Shown piece by piece: positions 1-8,085 of a DNA stretch of 64,000 nt. The notes beneath the pieces are model-generated. The model saw only the letters and a program-made list of their open reading frames with translations, did not search any database and was not told where the DNA came from. The DNA comes from Actinomycetota bacterium. GTDB lineage: Bacteria; Actinomycetota; Acidimicrobiia; Acidimicrobiales; Ilumatobacteraceae. The stretch covers positions 56,440 to 120,439 of the forward strand of contig JBEBCD010000057.1 of NCBI GenBank assembly GCA_041158045.1. The letters run 5' to 3'. The first letter of the stretch is position 1; each line of letters opens with the position of its first letter. Both the position numbers and the translations under genes were made by a program.

Positions 1-68
1 GGGCCACCAGTGCACGGGATTGTCCGCGTGCTGGCGCAGGTACGGGCTGGTCTCGCCGCCGAGACGGT

Positions 69-1544
69 TCACGAGCCGGGCGCCCCCACCTCGAGCGCGA
101 TCCGCGCGGCCATCGCCGGCCACGGCGCGCGCGCCGCGACTCGCACGCGCAGCTCGCACGTCCCGGCCGCGCCCGTGACGACGCGCCCGCCGACGACGCG
201 GCACGCACCCGTGGCCGTCGCCGAGAGCGCGCCCGTCGACGGCGTGCGCACGAGTCTCGCGAGCGGCACGCGGAGGCCCGGCGCGACGACGGGGGCCGCG
301 GCCCACACGCCCGCGACGCGGCCGCCCGTGGCCGAGAGGCGCACCTGCACCTCGCGGGCCACCGTCACGGTCGCGCCGAGCCGCAGGAATCCGCCGACGT
401 CCGCGCGACGGGGGAAGTAGGTGCGGTCGACCGCACCCTCGATCGGCGCGCAGTCGGCGGGCACCGTCGTCGTGGCGTCGCCGGGGCGCCCGCAGCGGTA
501 CCACTGGACGAGCGAGGGCACCGGCAGCGCCGGCACCTCGGCGTACTGCACGACGTCGAAGCGCGCCTCGGTGCGGATCTCGGGGTAGCGCACCGGCGCG
601 GGGAAGAAGCCGAGGCCGGCGAAGACGGCGTAGGCGTCGACGAAGCCCGCACCGTACGTCGCGTCGACGCCCGCGTCGCCCAGGTCGGTCGCGTTGAGCG
701 TCAGCACGTCGCGCACCTGCGCGGCGGTGAGCGCCGGCTGCGCCGCCCGCACGAGCGCGGCGACGCCGCTCACGAATGCCGCGGCCATGGAGGTGCCGCT
801 CAGCGAGGCGTAGGCGTCGCCACGGACGGTGGCGTACACCTGCACGCCGGGCGCCGCGACGTCGATGTAGCCGCCCCGCTGGGCGAAGGCGGGCGCGACG
901 TAGTCCTGGCCCACCGCCGTGACGGCGAGCGGCTCGTCCTCGGCGGCCGGCCACTTGGGACCGGCGCTCGCGCCGTCGTTGCCCGCCGCGGCGACCACGA
1001 CGACGTCCCGGGAGAGCGCGTACTGGATCGCGTCGCGCACGCCCGCGTCGCGGGTCTCGCTGCCGAGCGAGAGGTTGATCACCCGCGCGCCACGGTCGAC
1101 GGCCTGGCGGATGCCGATCTCGAGGTCGACGTCGGAGCCGCTGCCCCGCGCGTCCAGCACCTTGATCGGGAGCACCTTGGCGCCGGGGGCGACGCCCGCG
1201 ATGCCGAGCCCGTTGTTGGCGACCGCCGCGATGATGCCCGCGACGTGCGTGCCGTGGCCCGTGGCGCCGTCGTCGTCGGCTCCCTCGACGACGCGGCCGC
1301 GGCGCACGGTGATGCCGGGCAGGAGGTTGGCCGCGAGGTCGGCGTGGGGTCCGGAGCCCGAGTCCACGACGGCGACGAGCACCCCCTCGCCCGTGGTGAC
1401 CGACCACACCTCGGGCGCGCGCGTCGCGACGAGGCCCCACTGCATCGGGTAGCCGGGGTCGTCGGGCGCCGCGAGCGCGGGTGTGGCCGTCGCGGCGCAC
1501 GCGAGGACCGCGAGGAGCAGGGTGGTGCGCGCGCGCCGGGCCAC
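69..1544 (-). CDS. Secreted S8 family (subtilisin-like) serine peptidase with uncharacterised C-terminal extension
   Basis: 491-aa ORF. Signal-peptide-like N-terminus (MARRARTTLLLAVLACAATATPALA). S8 triad motifs VVDSG, HGTHVAG, GTSMAAAFVSG. About 170 aa C-terminal to the catalytic domain has no motif I recognise. GTG start lies 1 nt after the fabI stop. Confidence 0.85.
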   Translation of the reverse strand: MARRARTTLLLAVLACAATATPALAAPDDPGYPMQWGLVATRAPEVWSVTTGEGVLVAVVDSGSGPHADLAANLLPGITVRRGRVVEGADDDGATGHGTHVAGIIAAVANNGLGIAGVAPGAKVLPIKVLDARGSGSDVDLEIGIRQAVDRGARVINLSLGSETRDAGVRDAIQYALSRDVVVVAAAGNDGASAGPKWPAAEDEPLAVTAVGQDYVAPAFAQRGGYIDVAAPGVQVYATVRGDAYASLSGTSMAAAFVSGVAALVRAAQPALTAAQVRDVLTLNATDLGDAGVDATYGAGFVDAYAVFAGLGFFPAPVRYPEIRTEARFDVVQYAEVPALPVPSLVQWYRCGRPGDATTTVPADCAPIEGAVDRTYFPRRADVGGFLRLGATVTVAREVQVRLSATGGRVAGVWAAAPVVAPGLRVPLARLVRTPSTGALSATATGACRVVGGRVVTGAAGTCELRVRVAARAPWPAMAARIALEVGAPGS

Positions 1545-1545
1545 G

Positions 1546-2313
1546 TCAGGCGCCGACGGCGTGGAAGCCCCCGTCCACGTGGAGGATCTCCCCGGTCGTG
1601 CCGGGGAACCAGTCGGACAGCAGCGCGACGCACGCGCGCGCGACGGACGTCGAGTCGTGCACGTCCCACCCGAGCGGCGCGCGGGCGGCCCACACGTCCT
1701 CGAAGGCGGCGAACGCGGGGATCGACTTGGCCGCCATGGTGCGGATCGGACCGGCGGCCACCAGGTTGCACCGGATGCCGCGCGGGCCGAGCGAGCGGGC
1801 GAGGTAGCGGTTGGTCGACTCGAGCGCCGCCTTGGCGACGCCCATCCAGTTGTACGCCGGCCACGCGACGGCGGCGTCGAAGTCGAGCCCGACGATGGCG
1901 CCGCCGCGGTCCATGAGCGGCACGAAGGCGTCCGCGAGCATCTTCAGCGAGTAGGCCGACACCTCCATCGCGACGCGCACGTCCTCCCACTGCGCCGCCA
2001 TGAAGTCCTCGCCGAGGCACGCCTGCGGGGCGAAGCCGATGGCGTGGAGGACGCCGTCGACGCGCGGCCCGAGCGCCGCGACGGCGTCGCGGGCGGCCGC
2101 GGCGTGCGCGGGCACGGTGGCGTCGAACTCGACGACCGGGATCCCGTCGCCGAGCTTGCGCGCGGCGCGCTCCGTGATCGACAGGCCCCGGCCGGCGCCG
2201 GTCAGCACGACCGTCGCGCCCTCCTCGAGCGCGAGGCGCGCGACGCCGAACGCGAGCGACGCCTCGGTGAGCACGCCGGTGACGACGATCCGCTTGCCGG
2301 CGAGCAGGCCCAC
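1546..2313 (-). CDS. fabI: Enoyl-[acyl-carrier-protein] reductase, NADH-dependent (FabI/InhA type)
   Basis: 255 aa, colinear by eye with mycobacterial InhA (GKRIVVTG, AYNWMGVAKAALES, NLVAAGPIRT, LLSDW, HVDGG). GTG start. Confidence 0.85.
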   Translation of the reverse strand: MGLLAGKRIVVTGVLTEASLAFGVARLALEEGATVVLTGAGRGLSITERAARKLGDGIPVVEFDATVPAHAAAARDAVAALGPRVDGVLHAIGFAPQACLGEDFMAAQWEDVRVAMEVSAYSLKMLADAFVPLMDRGGAIVGLDFDAAVAWPAYNWMGVAKAALESTNRYLARSLGPRGIRCNLVAAGPIRTMAAKSIPAFAAFEDVWAARAPLGWDVHDSTSVARACVALLSDWFPGTTGEILHVDGGFHAVGA

Positions 2314-2319
2314 GCCCCA

Positions 2320-2325
2320 ACGGTA
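2320..2325 (-). promoter_or_regulatory. -10-like hexamer TACCGT, 6 nt upstream of fabI GTG (putative leaderless promoter)
   Basis: Minus-strand reading TACCGT-tggggc-GTG. No SD. Confidence 0.35.
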
Positions 2326-2330
2326 CCTGC

Positions 2331-2336
2331 CACAAT
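2331..2336 (+). promoter_or_regulatory. -10-like hexamer CACAAT, 6 nt upstream of mshC GTG
   Basis: CACAAT-gcgggg-GTG. Weaker match (NANNNT). No SD. Confidence 0.3.
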
Positions 2337-2342
2337 GCGGGG

Positions 2343-3500
2343 GTGATGCGGCTCCACGACACCGCGCGCGGCGCGGTCGTGCCGTTCGAGCCCGGGCCCG
2401 AGGTGCTCATGTACACGTGCGGTATCACGCCGTACGACGCGACGCACCTCGGGCACGCGTTCACCTTCGTCACCTACGACGTGCTGCAACGGCGGCTCGT
2501 CGACATGGGCCATTCCGTGCGGTGCGTGCGCAACGTGACGGACGTCGACGACCCGCTCTTCGCCAAGGCGCGGGAGCTCGGCGTCCACTACCTCGACCTC
2601 GCGGCGCGCGAGGAGGCGCGCTTCGACGCCGACATGCGGGCGCTCGACGCGCTCCCGGTGCACAGCGCGCCGCGCGCCTCCTCGGCGATCAGCGACATCC
2701 GGCGCTTCATCGCGACGGCGATGGAGCGTGGGCACGCCTACGCGGCGGGCGGGAGCGTGTACTTCGACGTGTCGTCGTTCCCGGGGTTCGGTGCCGTGTC
2801 GCACTACGACGAGGCGACGATGCTCGCCCTCGCCGCGGAGCGCGGCGGCCGGATCGACGACCCGCACAAGCGCCACCCGCTCGACTTCGTCCTCTGGCAG
2901 CCGTCGGCGCCCGACGAGCCGACGTGGGAGACGGCGTGGGGGCCGGGGCGGCCCGGGTGGCACATCGAGTGCTCGGCGCTCGCCCTGCGCGAGCTCGGCA
3001 CGACGCTGGACCTGCACGGCGGCGGGAGCGACCTCATCTTCCCGCACCACGAGTGCGAGCGCGCGCAGTCCGAGTCGGTGACGGGGCTGCCGTTCGCGCG
3101 GCACTGGATGCACGTGGCGATGGTCTCGATGGACGGCCACAAGATGTCCAAGAGCCGGGGCAACCTCGTCTTCGTCGACGCGCTGCGCGCGCGGTGGGAC
3201 CCGCGCGCGGTGCGGCTGCTGCTCGTCGCGCAGCACTACCGCCGCGAGTGGGAGTGGCGCGACGACATGCCGGCGGCGGCCACGGCGCGCCTCGGGGCCT
3301 GGCGCGCGACGCGCGGGGGCGGCGACGCGGCGGGTGCGGCGCGCGTGCTCGGCGAGGTGCGCGCGGCGCTCGACGACGATCTCGACACGCCGACCGCCCT
3401 GCGCGCGATCGACGACGCGGCGCGCGCCGGGGTCGACGTCGCGCGCGCGGCCGCGCTCCTCGGCGTCGACCTCACCGCCGAGGTGGGGCCCGCCTCGTAG
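2343..3500 (+). CDS. mshC: Cysteine:1D-myo-inosityl 2-amino-2-deoxy-alpha-D-glucopyranoside ligase (mycothiol ligase MshC; CysRS paralogue)
   Basis: 385 aa. Class-I HIGH (THLGHA) and KMSKS motifs. MshC-like blocks ERGGRIDDPHKRHPLDFVLWQ, GRPGWHIEC, HYRREWEW. Too short for full CysRS. Confidence 0.75.
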   Translation: MMRLHDTARGAVVPFEPGPEVLMYTCGITPYDATHLGHAFTFVTYDVLQRRLVDMGHSVRCVRNVTDVDDPLFAKARELGVHYLDLAAREEARFDADMRALDALPVHSAPRASSAISDIRRFIATAMERGHAYAAGGSVYFDVSSFPGFGAVSHYDEATMLALAAERGGRIDDPHKRHPLDFVLWQPSAPDEPTWETAWGPGRPGWHIECSALALRELGTTLDLHGGGSDLIFPHHECERAQSESVTGLPFARHWMHVAMVSMDGHKMSKSRGNLVFVDALRARWDPRAVRLLLVAQHYRREWEWRDDMPAAATARLGAWRATRGGGDAAGAARVLGEVRAALDDDLDTPTALRAIDDAARAGVDVARAAALLGVDLTAEVGPAS

Positions 3501-3503
3501 GAT
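3498..3503 (+). promoter_or_regulatory. -10-like hexamer TAGGAT, 9 nt upstream of thrS ATG
   Basis: The TAG is the mshC stop codon. No SD in the 9-nt spacer. Confidence 0.4.
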
Positions 3504-3512
3504 CGGCGCGTC

Positions 3513-5513
3513 ATGAGCGGCGCGCGCACGGCGGGGGGACCGGGCATCTCGGTGACCCTGCCCGACGGCTCCCGCCGGGAGCTGCCCGCGGGCGCGTCCT
3601 CGGCCGACCTCGCGGCCGCCATCGGCGCGGGCCTCGCCCGGGCGGCCGTGGCCGCGCGCGTCAACGACGAGGAGCGCGACCTTTCGGCCCCCCTCGCCGA
3701 CGGCGATCGCGTCGCCATCCTCACCGCCGACAGCGACGCGGGGCGGCACGTGATCCGCCACAGCACGGCCCACGTGCTCGCGCAGGCGGTGCTCGGGCTG
3801 TTCCCCGGTGCGAAGTTCTCCATCGGCCCGGCGATCGAGGACGGCTTCTACTACGACTTCGAGCTGCCGGGCGGCAGGACCTTCGGCGAGGCGGACCTCG
3901 AGGCGATCGCGGCGCGCATGCGCGAGATCGTCGACGCCGACCAGCCGTTCCGCCGCGACGAGGTCTCGCCGCAGTCGGCGCTCACGCTCTTCGCCGACCA
4001 GCCCTACAAGTGCGAGATCATCCGCCGCGTCACCAGCGGCTCGGCCGACGGCACCGACTCGGGGGAGGCGTCTGCCGGCGGCGCGGTGAGCATCTACCAC
4101 AACGCCTCCGGCTTCGTGGACCTGTGTCGCGGCCCGCACGTGCCCTCGACGGGGAGGCTCGGGCACTTCGCGCTCATGAAGGTCGCGGGCGCGTACTGGC
4201 GTGGCAACGAGAAGGGCCCGATGCTCCAGCGCATCTACGGCACCGCGTGGGAGTCCAAGGCGGCGCTCGCCGAGCACCTCCACCGGCTCGAGGAGGCCGA
4301 GCTGCGCGACCATCGGCGCCTCGCGGTGGAGATGGACCTGCTCTCGTTCCCCCAGGAGCTCGGCGGCGGCCTCGCCGTCTGGCACCCCAAGGGCGCCACG
4401 GTGCGCAAGATCATGGAGGACTACAGCCGCGAGCGCCACGCGACGGGCGGCTACCAGTTCGTCTACACGCCGCACCTCGCCAACGCGCGCCTCTTCGAGA
4501 CCTCGGGGCACCTCGACTTCTACCGGGACGGGATGTACCCGCCGATGGAGATGGACAACGGCAGCTACTACCCCAAGCCGATGAACTGCCCGATGCACTG
4601 CCTCATCTACCGCGAGCGCCAGCGCAGCTACCGCGAGCTGCCACTGCGGCTCTTCGAGCTCGGCACCGTCTACCGCTACGAGCGCGCCGGCACGCTGCAC
4701 GGCCTGCTGCGGATCCGCGGCTTCACCCAGGACGACAGCCACATCTACTGCACGGAGGAGCAGCTCGCCGACGAGATCGCGTCGCTGCTCGACTTCGTGC
4801 TCGGCGTCCTGCGGCGCTTCGGCTTCCACGACTTCGAGTACAAGCTCTCGACCCGCGACCCGTCCAAGTCCGTGGGCTCGGACGCCATCTGGGAGCGCGC
4901 GACCGCGGCGCTGCGCGAGGCGCTGGAGCGCCACGGCGTGCAATACGCGGTGGGGGAGGGCGACGCGGCCTTCTACGGGCCGAAGATCGACGTCGACGTG
5001 CGCGACGCCATCGGGCGGCGCTGGCAGCTCAGCACCATCCAGTGCGACTTCAACCTGCCGGAGCGCTTCGGCCTCGAGTACGTCACGGCGGCCAACGAGC
5101 GCAAGCGGCCGATCATGCTCCACCGCGCGCTCTTCGGGTCGATCGAGCGGTTCTTCGGCGTGCTGCTCGAGCACTACGCCGGCGCGTTCCCGACGTGGCT
5201 CGCGCCGGTGCAGGCGCGCGTGCTGCCCGTCGCGAGCGCGCACGAGTCGCGCGCCGCCGAGGTGGCGGCGGCGCTCGCGGCGGACGGTCGGCGCGTCGAC
5301 GTGCTCCCGGCCGACGAGCCGCTCGGCAAGCGCATCCGCGCGTCCAAGCTCGAGCGGATCCCCTACGTGCTCGTCGTCGGCGACGAGGACGTCGCCGCGG
5401 GCACCGTGGGGGTCAATCCGCGCGGGGGAGAGGTGGAGCGCGGCGTGCCGCTCGACGCCTTCCGTGAGCGCCTGCGCCGCGACGTCGCCCCCGCCCCCGG
5501 AGCCGGGGCGTGA
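3513..5513 (+). CDS. thrS: Threonine--tRNA ligase
   Basis: 666 aa. N-terminal TGS-like domain, HSTAHVLA editing motif, class-II core (FELGTVYRYE, RGFTQDDSHIY), anticodon-binding C-terminus. Confidence 0.95.
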   Translation: MSGARTAGGPGISVTLPDGSRRELPAGASSADLAAAIGAGLARAAVAARVNDEERDLSAPLADGDRVAILTADSDAGRHVIRHSTAHVLAQAVLGLFPGAKFSIGPAIEDGFYYDFELPGGRTFGEADLEAIAARMREIVDADQPFRRDEVSPQSALTLFADQPYKCEIIRRVTSGSADGTDSGEASAGGAVSIYHNASGFVDLCRGPHVPSTGRLGHFALMKVAGAYWRGNEKGPMLQRIYGTAWESKAALAEHLHRLEEAELRDHRRLAVEMDLLSFPQELGGGLAVWHPKGATVRKIMEDYSRERHATGGYQFVYTPHLANARLFETSGHLDFYRDGMYPPMEMDNGSYYPKPMNCPMHCLIYRERQRSYRELPLRLFELGTVYRYERAGTLHGLLRIRGFTQDDSHIYCTEEQLADEIASLLDFVLGVLRRFGFHDFEYKLSTRDPSKSVGSDAIWERATAALREALERHGVQYAVGEGDAAFYGPKIDVDVRDAIGRRWQLSTIQCDFNLPERFGLEYVTAANERKRPIMLHRALFGSIERFFGVLLEHYAGAFPTWLAPVQARVLPVASAHESRAAEVAAALAADGRRVDVLPADEPLGKRIRASKLERIPYVLVVGDEDVAAGTVGVNPRGGEVERGVPLDAFRERLRRDVAPAPGAGA

Positions 5514-6010
5514 TCGAGCGGCTCTGGAACGGCTGGCGCGCCGCCTACGTCACCCGCGGGCAGGGCGCGCAGCCGCCGCACGACGTCTCGCTGTTCACCG
5601 CCCTGCTGCGCAGCGGCCGCAGCGACGAGGAGACGTACATCGTGCGCCGCGGGGAGCGCGTCTTCGCCATCATGAACGCCTTCCCGTACACCTCGGGCCA
5701 CCTGCTCGTCCTGCCGTACCGCGAGGTGAGCGAGCTCGAGGACCTCGACGCCGAGGAGACGCGCGAGCTCTGGGCGATGGTCACCCAGGCGGTGCGCACG
5801 CTGAAGGCCGTGTACCGCTGCGAGGCGCTCAACGTGGGGATCAACCTGGGCGCCGCCGCGGGCGGCAGCGTGGCGCAGCACCTCCACGTGCACGTCGTCG
5901 GCCGCTGGACCGGGGACACCAACTTCATGGTCGCGACCGCGGAGACCAAGATCCTGCCCGAGGCGCTCGACGTGAGCGCGCGGCGCATCCGCGAGGGCTG
6001 GCTCGCGTGA
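5510..6010 (+). CDS. HIT family protein (Ap4A phosphorylase-like, Rv2613c-type position)
   Basis: 166 aa. Histidine triad QHLHVHVVGRW. GTGA overlap with the thrS stop. Sits between thrS and pgsA, as in mycobacteria. Confidence 0.8.
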   Translation: MIERLWNGWRAAYVTRGQGAQPPHDVSLFTALLRSGRSDEETYIVRRGERVFAIMNAFPYTSGHLLVLPYREVSELEDLDAEETRELWAMVTQAVRTLKAVYRCEALNVGINLGAAAGGSVAQHLHVHVVGRWTGDTNFMVATAETKILPEALDVSARRIREGWLA

Positions 6011-6513
6011 GCGACGCGTCCCCGGGGACGGCCGGCGCGGGCGACGAGCTCCCCGCCGATCTCGACGCGCGCGGCTTCGTCGGGCCGTACCGCTTCCCCG
6101 ACAACTCGCGGCGCCGCTACCCCGCCTACCTCTACGGTGCCGTCGCGGCGGCCTGCGTGGTCGCGTGGGCGCTCGGGCACGACCGCGACGACGGGCTCGT
6201 GACGGGCGGGCTGCTCGTCGCGGCCGCGGTGCTCGGGATCGTCGGCGCGTACGCGCGCTCGGCGTCGTGGCCCATGACGGTCTCGGAGACGGACGCGCTC
6301 GTGCACGCGACGCGCGCCGCGGGGTTCGCCGTCGGGCACGCGTCGGCGCAGCAGGTGTGGCGCGGGTGGCGCAGCCGGCCGACGTGGCGCGTGCTCTGCT
6401 ACAGCGCGGAGGACCCTCCGCTGCGGCGCGCACTGGTGCTCGTCGACGCCGTGGACGCGCGCGTGGTGGAGTGCCTGTCGGAGGAGAACCCGGAGTTCCG
6501 CCCCGGGGCGTAG
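6007..6513 (+). CDS. Hypothetical membrane protein (two predicted TM helices)
   Basis: In-frame GTG in a GTGA overlap with the HIT stop. Third codon positions are almost all G/C. Two hydrophobic segments (YLYGAVAAACVVAWAL, GGLLVAAAVLGIVGAY). No motif recognised. Confidence 0.5.
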   Translation: MSDASPGTAGAGDELPADLDARGFVGPYRFPDNSRRRYPAYLYGAVAAACVVAWALGHDRDDGLVTGGLLVAAAVLGIVGAYARSASWPMTVSETDALVHATRAAGFAVGHASAQQVWRGWRSRPTWRVLCYSAEDPPLRRALVLVDAVDARVVECLSEENPEFRPGA

Positions 6514-6516
6514 ACT
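6511..6516 (+). promoter_or_regulatory. -10-like hexamer TAGACT, 8 nt upstream of pgsA ATG
   Basis: The TAG is the stop codon of the upstream ORF. No SD. Confidence 0.4.
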
Positions 6517-6524
6517 GCCGCGAG

Positions 6525-7214
6525 ATGTTCGACGGACGGTTTCGTCTGCAGGTCGAGCGCGCGGTCCGCCCGGTGGGCGAGCGCCTGCGCCGCACCAAGG
6601 TCACCCCCGACCACCTCACGGTGGTGGGGCTGCTCGTCGCGCTCGCGGCCGCGGTGTCGATCGCGCTCGGCGCGCTCCAGCTCGGCCTCCTGCTCGTCGT
6701 GCTCGCCGCGCTGCCCGACCTCTTCGACGGCGCGCTGGCCAAGGCGTCCAACCAGGCGAGCCAGCGCGGCGCCTTCTTCGACTCGACGATCGACCGCGTC
6801 ACCGACGCGCTGCTGCTCGGCGGCGTCGCGTGGTACCTCGCCGACGCGCGCGGCGCGCACGCCGCCGTGCTGCCCTTCGCCGTGATGGCCGTGTCGTCGC
6901 TCATCTCCTACCAGCGGGCCAAGGCCGAGTCGCTCGGCCTCGACGCCAAGGGCGGGCTCATGGAGCGCGCCGAGCGGATCATCCTGCTGTGCGTCGGCCT
7001 CCTCTTCGACTGGCTGCTCTGGTGGTCGATGTGGCTGATGCTCCTGCTCGTGGCGATGACCGCGGTGCAGCGCTTCGTCAAGGTGTGGCGCCAGGCGGCC
7101 GTCGCCCCCGCGACCGCCGCGCGGCTCGAGGAGCGCCGCGCCCGCCGCGCGTCGCGCCGCGCCACCCGTGCAGATCGCCGCCTCCGCCTCGCGCGCCGCC
7201 GCCGCGTCGACTAG
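6525..7214 (+). CDS. pgsA: CDP-alcohol phosphatidyltransferase (phosphatidylinositol-phosphate synthase type)
   Basis: ATG at 6525 inside the listed 6165..7214 ORF. CDP-OH transferase motif DLFDGALAK...GAFFDSTIDRVTD. Multi-TM. Arg-rich C-terminal tail. Confidence 0.8.
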   Translation: MFDGRFRLQVERAVRPVGERLRRTKVTPDHLTVVGLLVALAAAVSIALGALQLGLLLVVLAALPDLFDGALAKASNQASQRGAFFDSTIDRVTDALLLGGVAWYLADARGAHAAVLPFAVMAVSSLISYQRAKAESLGLDAKGGLMERAERIILLCVGLLFDWLLWWSMWLMLLLVAMTAVQRFVKVWRQAAVAPATAARLEERRARRASRRATRADRRLRLARRRRVD

Positions 7215-7221
7215 CGCCGCC

Positions 7222-8085
7222 ATGTGGCGCCTCGCCACCGCGCTCGGGCGCGGGCTGACGCCGGCGACCCCGCGCGCGGTGGGCGCCGTGGTCGGCCCGC
7301 TCGCCGCCGCCCTCACGCCCTCCACGCGACGCGTCGTCGCTGCGACCCAGCGCCGCGTGGACCCGACGCTGCGGCCCGCGGCGCTGCGCCGCGCGGTGCG
7401 CCGTGCGTACGCGGACTACGTGCGCTACTACGCGGAGTCCTTCGCCGTGCCGCACGCGAGCGCCCGGGTGATCGAGCGCGGCTTCCGCGTCACGGGCTAC
7501 GAGCACATCGAGGCGGGCCTCGCGCGGGGCCGCGGCGTGATCCTCGCGTTGCCGCACCTCGGCGGCTGGGAGTGGGCCGGGCGCTGGCTCGTGTCGCGGG
7601 GGCTGCGGCTCCACGTCGTCGTCGAGCGCCTCGCGTCCCGCGCGGCGTTCGACGCCTTCGTCCGCGTACGGGAGGGCTGGGGCGCGACCGTGATCCCGCT
7701 CGACGACGACGCCGGCGCCGCGGTGCAGCGCGCGCTCGCGGCCAACGACGTCGTCGCGCTGCTCTGCGACCGCGACGTGCAGGGCAACGGCGTCGCCGTG
7801 CGGTGCTTCGGCGAGCCGACGACGGTGCCCGCCGGCCCCGCGCTGCTGGCGCTGCGCACCGGCGCGGCGCTGCTGCCGGTCGGCACGTACCACGGCCCGG
7901 GCCGCTACGGCCACCACGCGTGGGTGCGCCCCGCGCTCGAGCCGGTGCGCGCGGGACGCCTGCGCGACGACGTCGCAGCGCTCGCGCAGCGACTCGTGCA
8001 CGAGGTCGAGGGCCTCGTGCGGCGCGCGCCGGAGCAGTGGCACGTCTTCACGCCCAACTGGGAGGCCGACCGTGGGCTCGCCTGA
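7222..8085 (+). CDS. patA: Lipid A biosynthesis (LpxL/HtrB)-family acyltransferase, PIM acyltransferase PatA-like
   Basis: ATG at 7222. HLGGWE acyltransferase motif. Position between pgsA and pimA matches the mycobacterial Rv2611c context. Confidence 0.7.
   Translation: MWRLATALGRGLTPATPRAVGAVVGPLAAALTPSTRRVVAATQRRVDPTLRPAALRRAVRRAYADYVRYYAESFAVPHASARVIERGFRVTGYEHIEAGLARGRGVILALPHLGGWEWAGRWLVSRGLRLHVVVERLASRAAFDAFVRVREGWGATVIPLDDDAGAAVQRALAANDVVALLCDRDVQGNGVAVRCFGEPTTVPAGPALLALRTGAALLPVGTYHGPGRYGHHAWVRPALEPVRAGRLRDDVAALAQRLVHEVEGLVRRAPEQWHVFTPNWEADRGLA

Noticed and set aside
2000-5467. A 1155-aa plus-strand ORF overlapping fabI, mshC and thrS
   Set aside because: It is out of frame with mshC and thrS, has low-complexity Arg/Ala-rich translation and shows no motifs. 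The two recognised genes fully explain the region.
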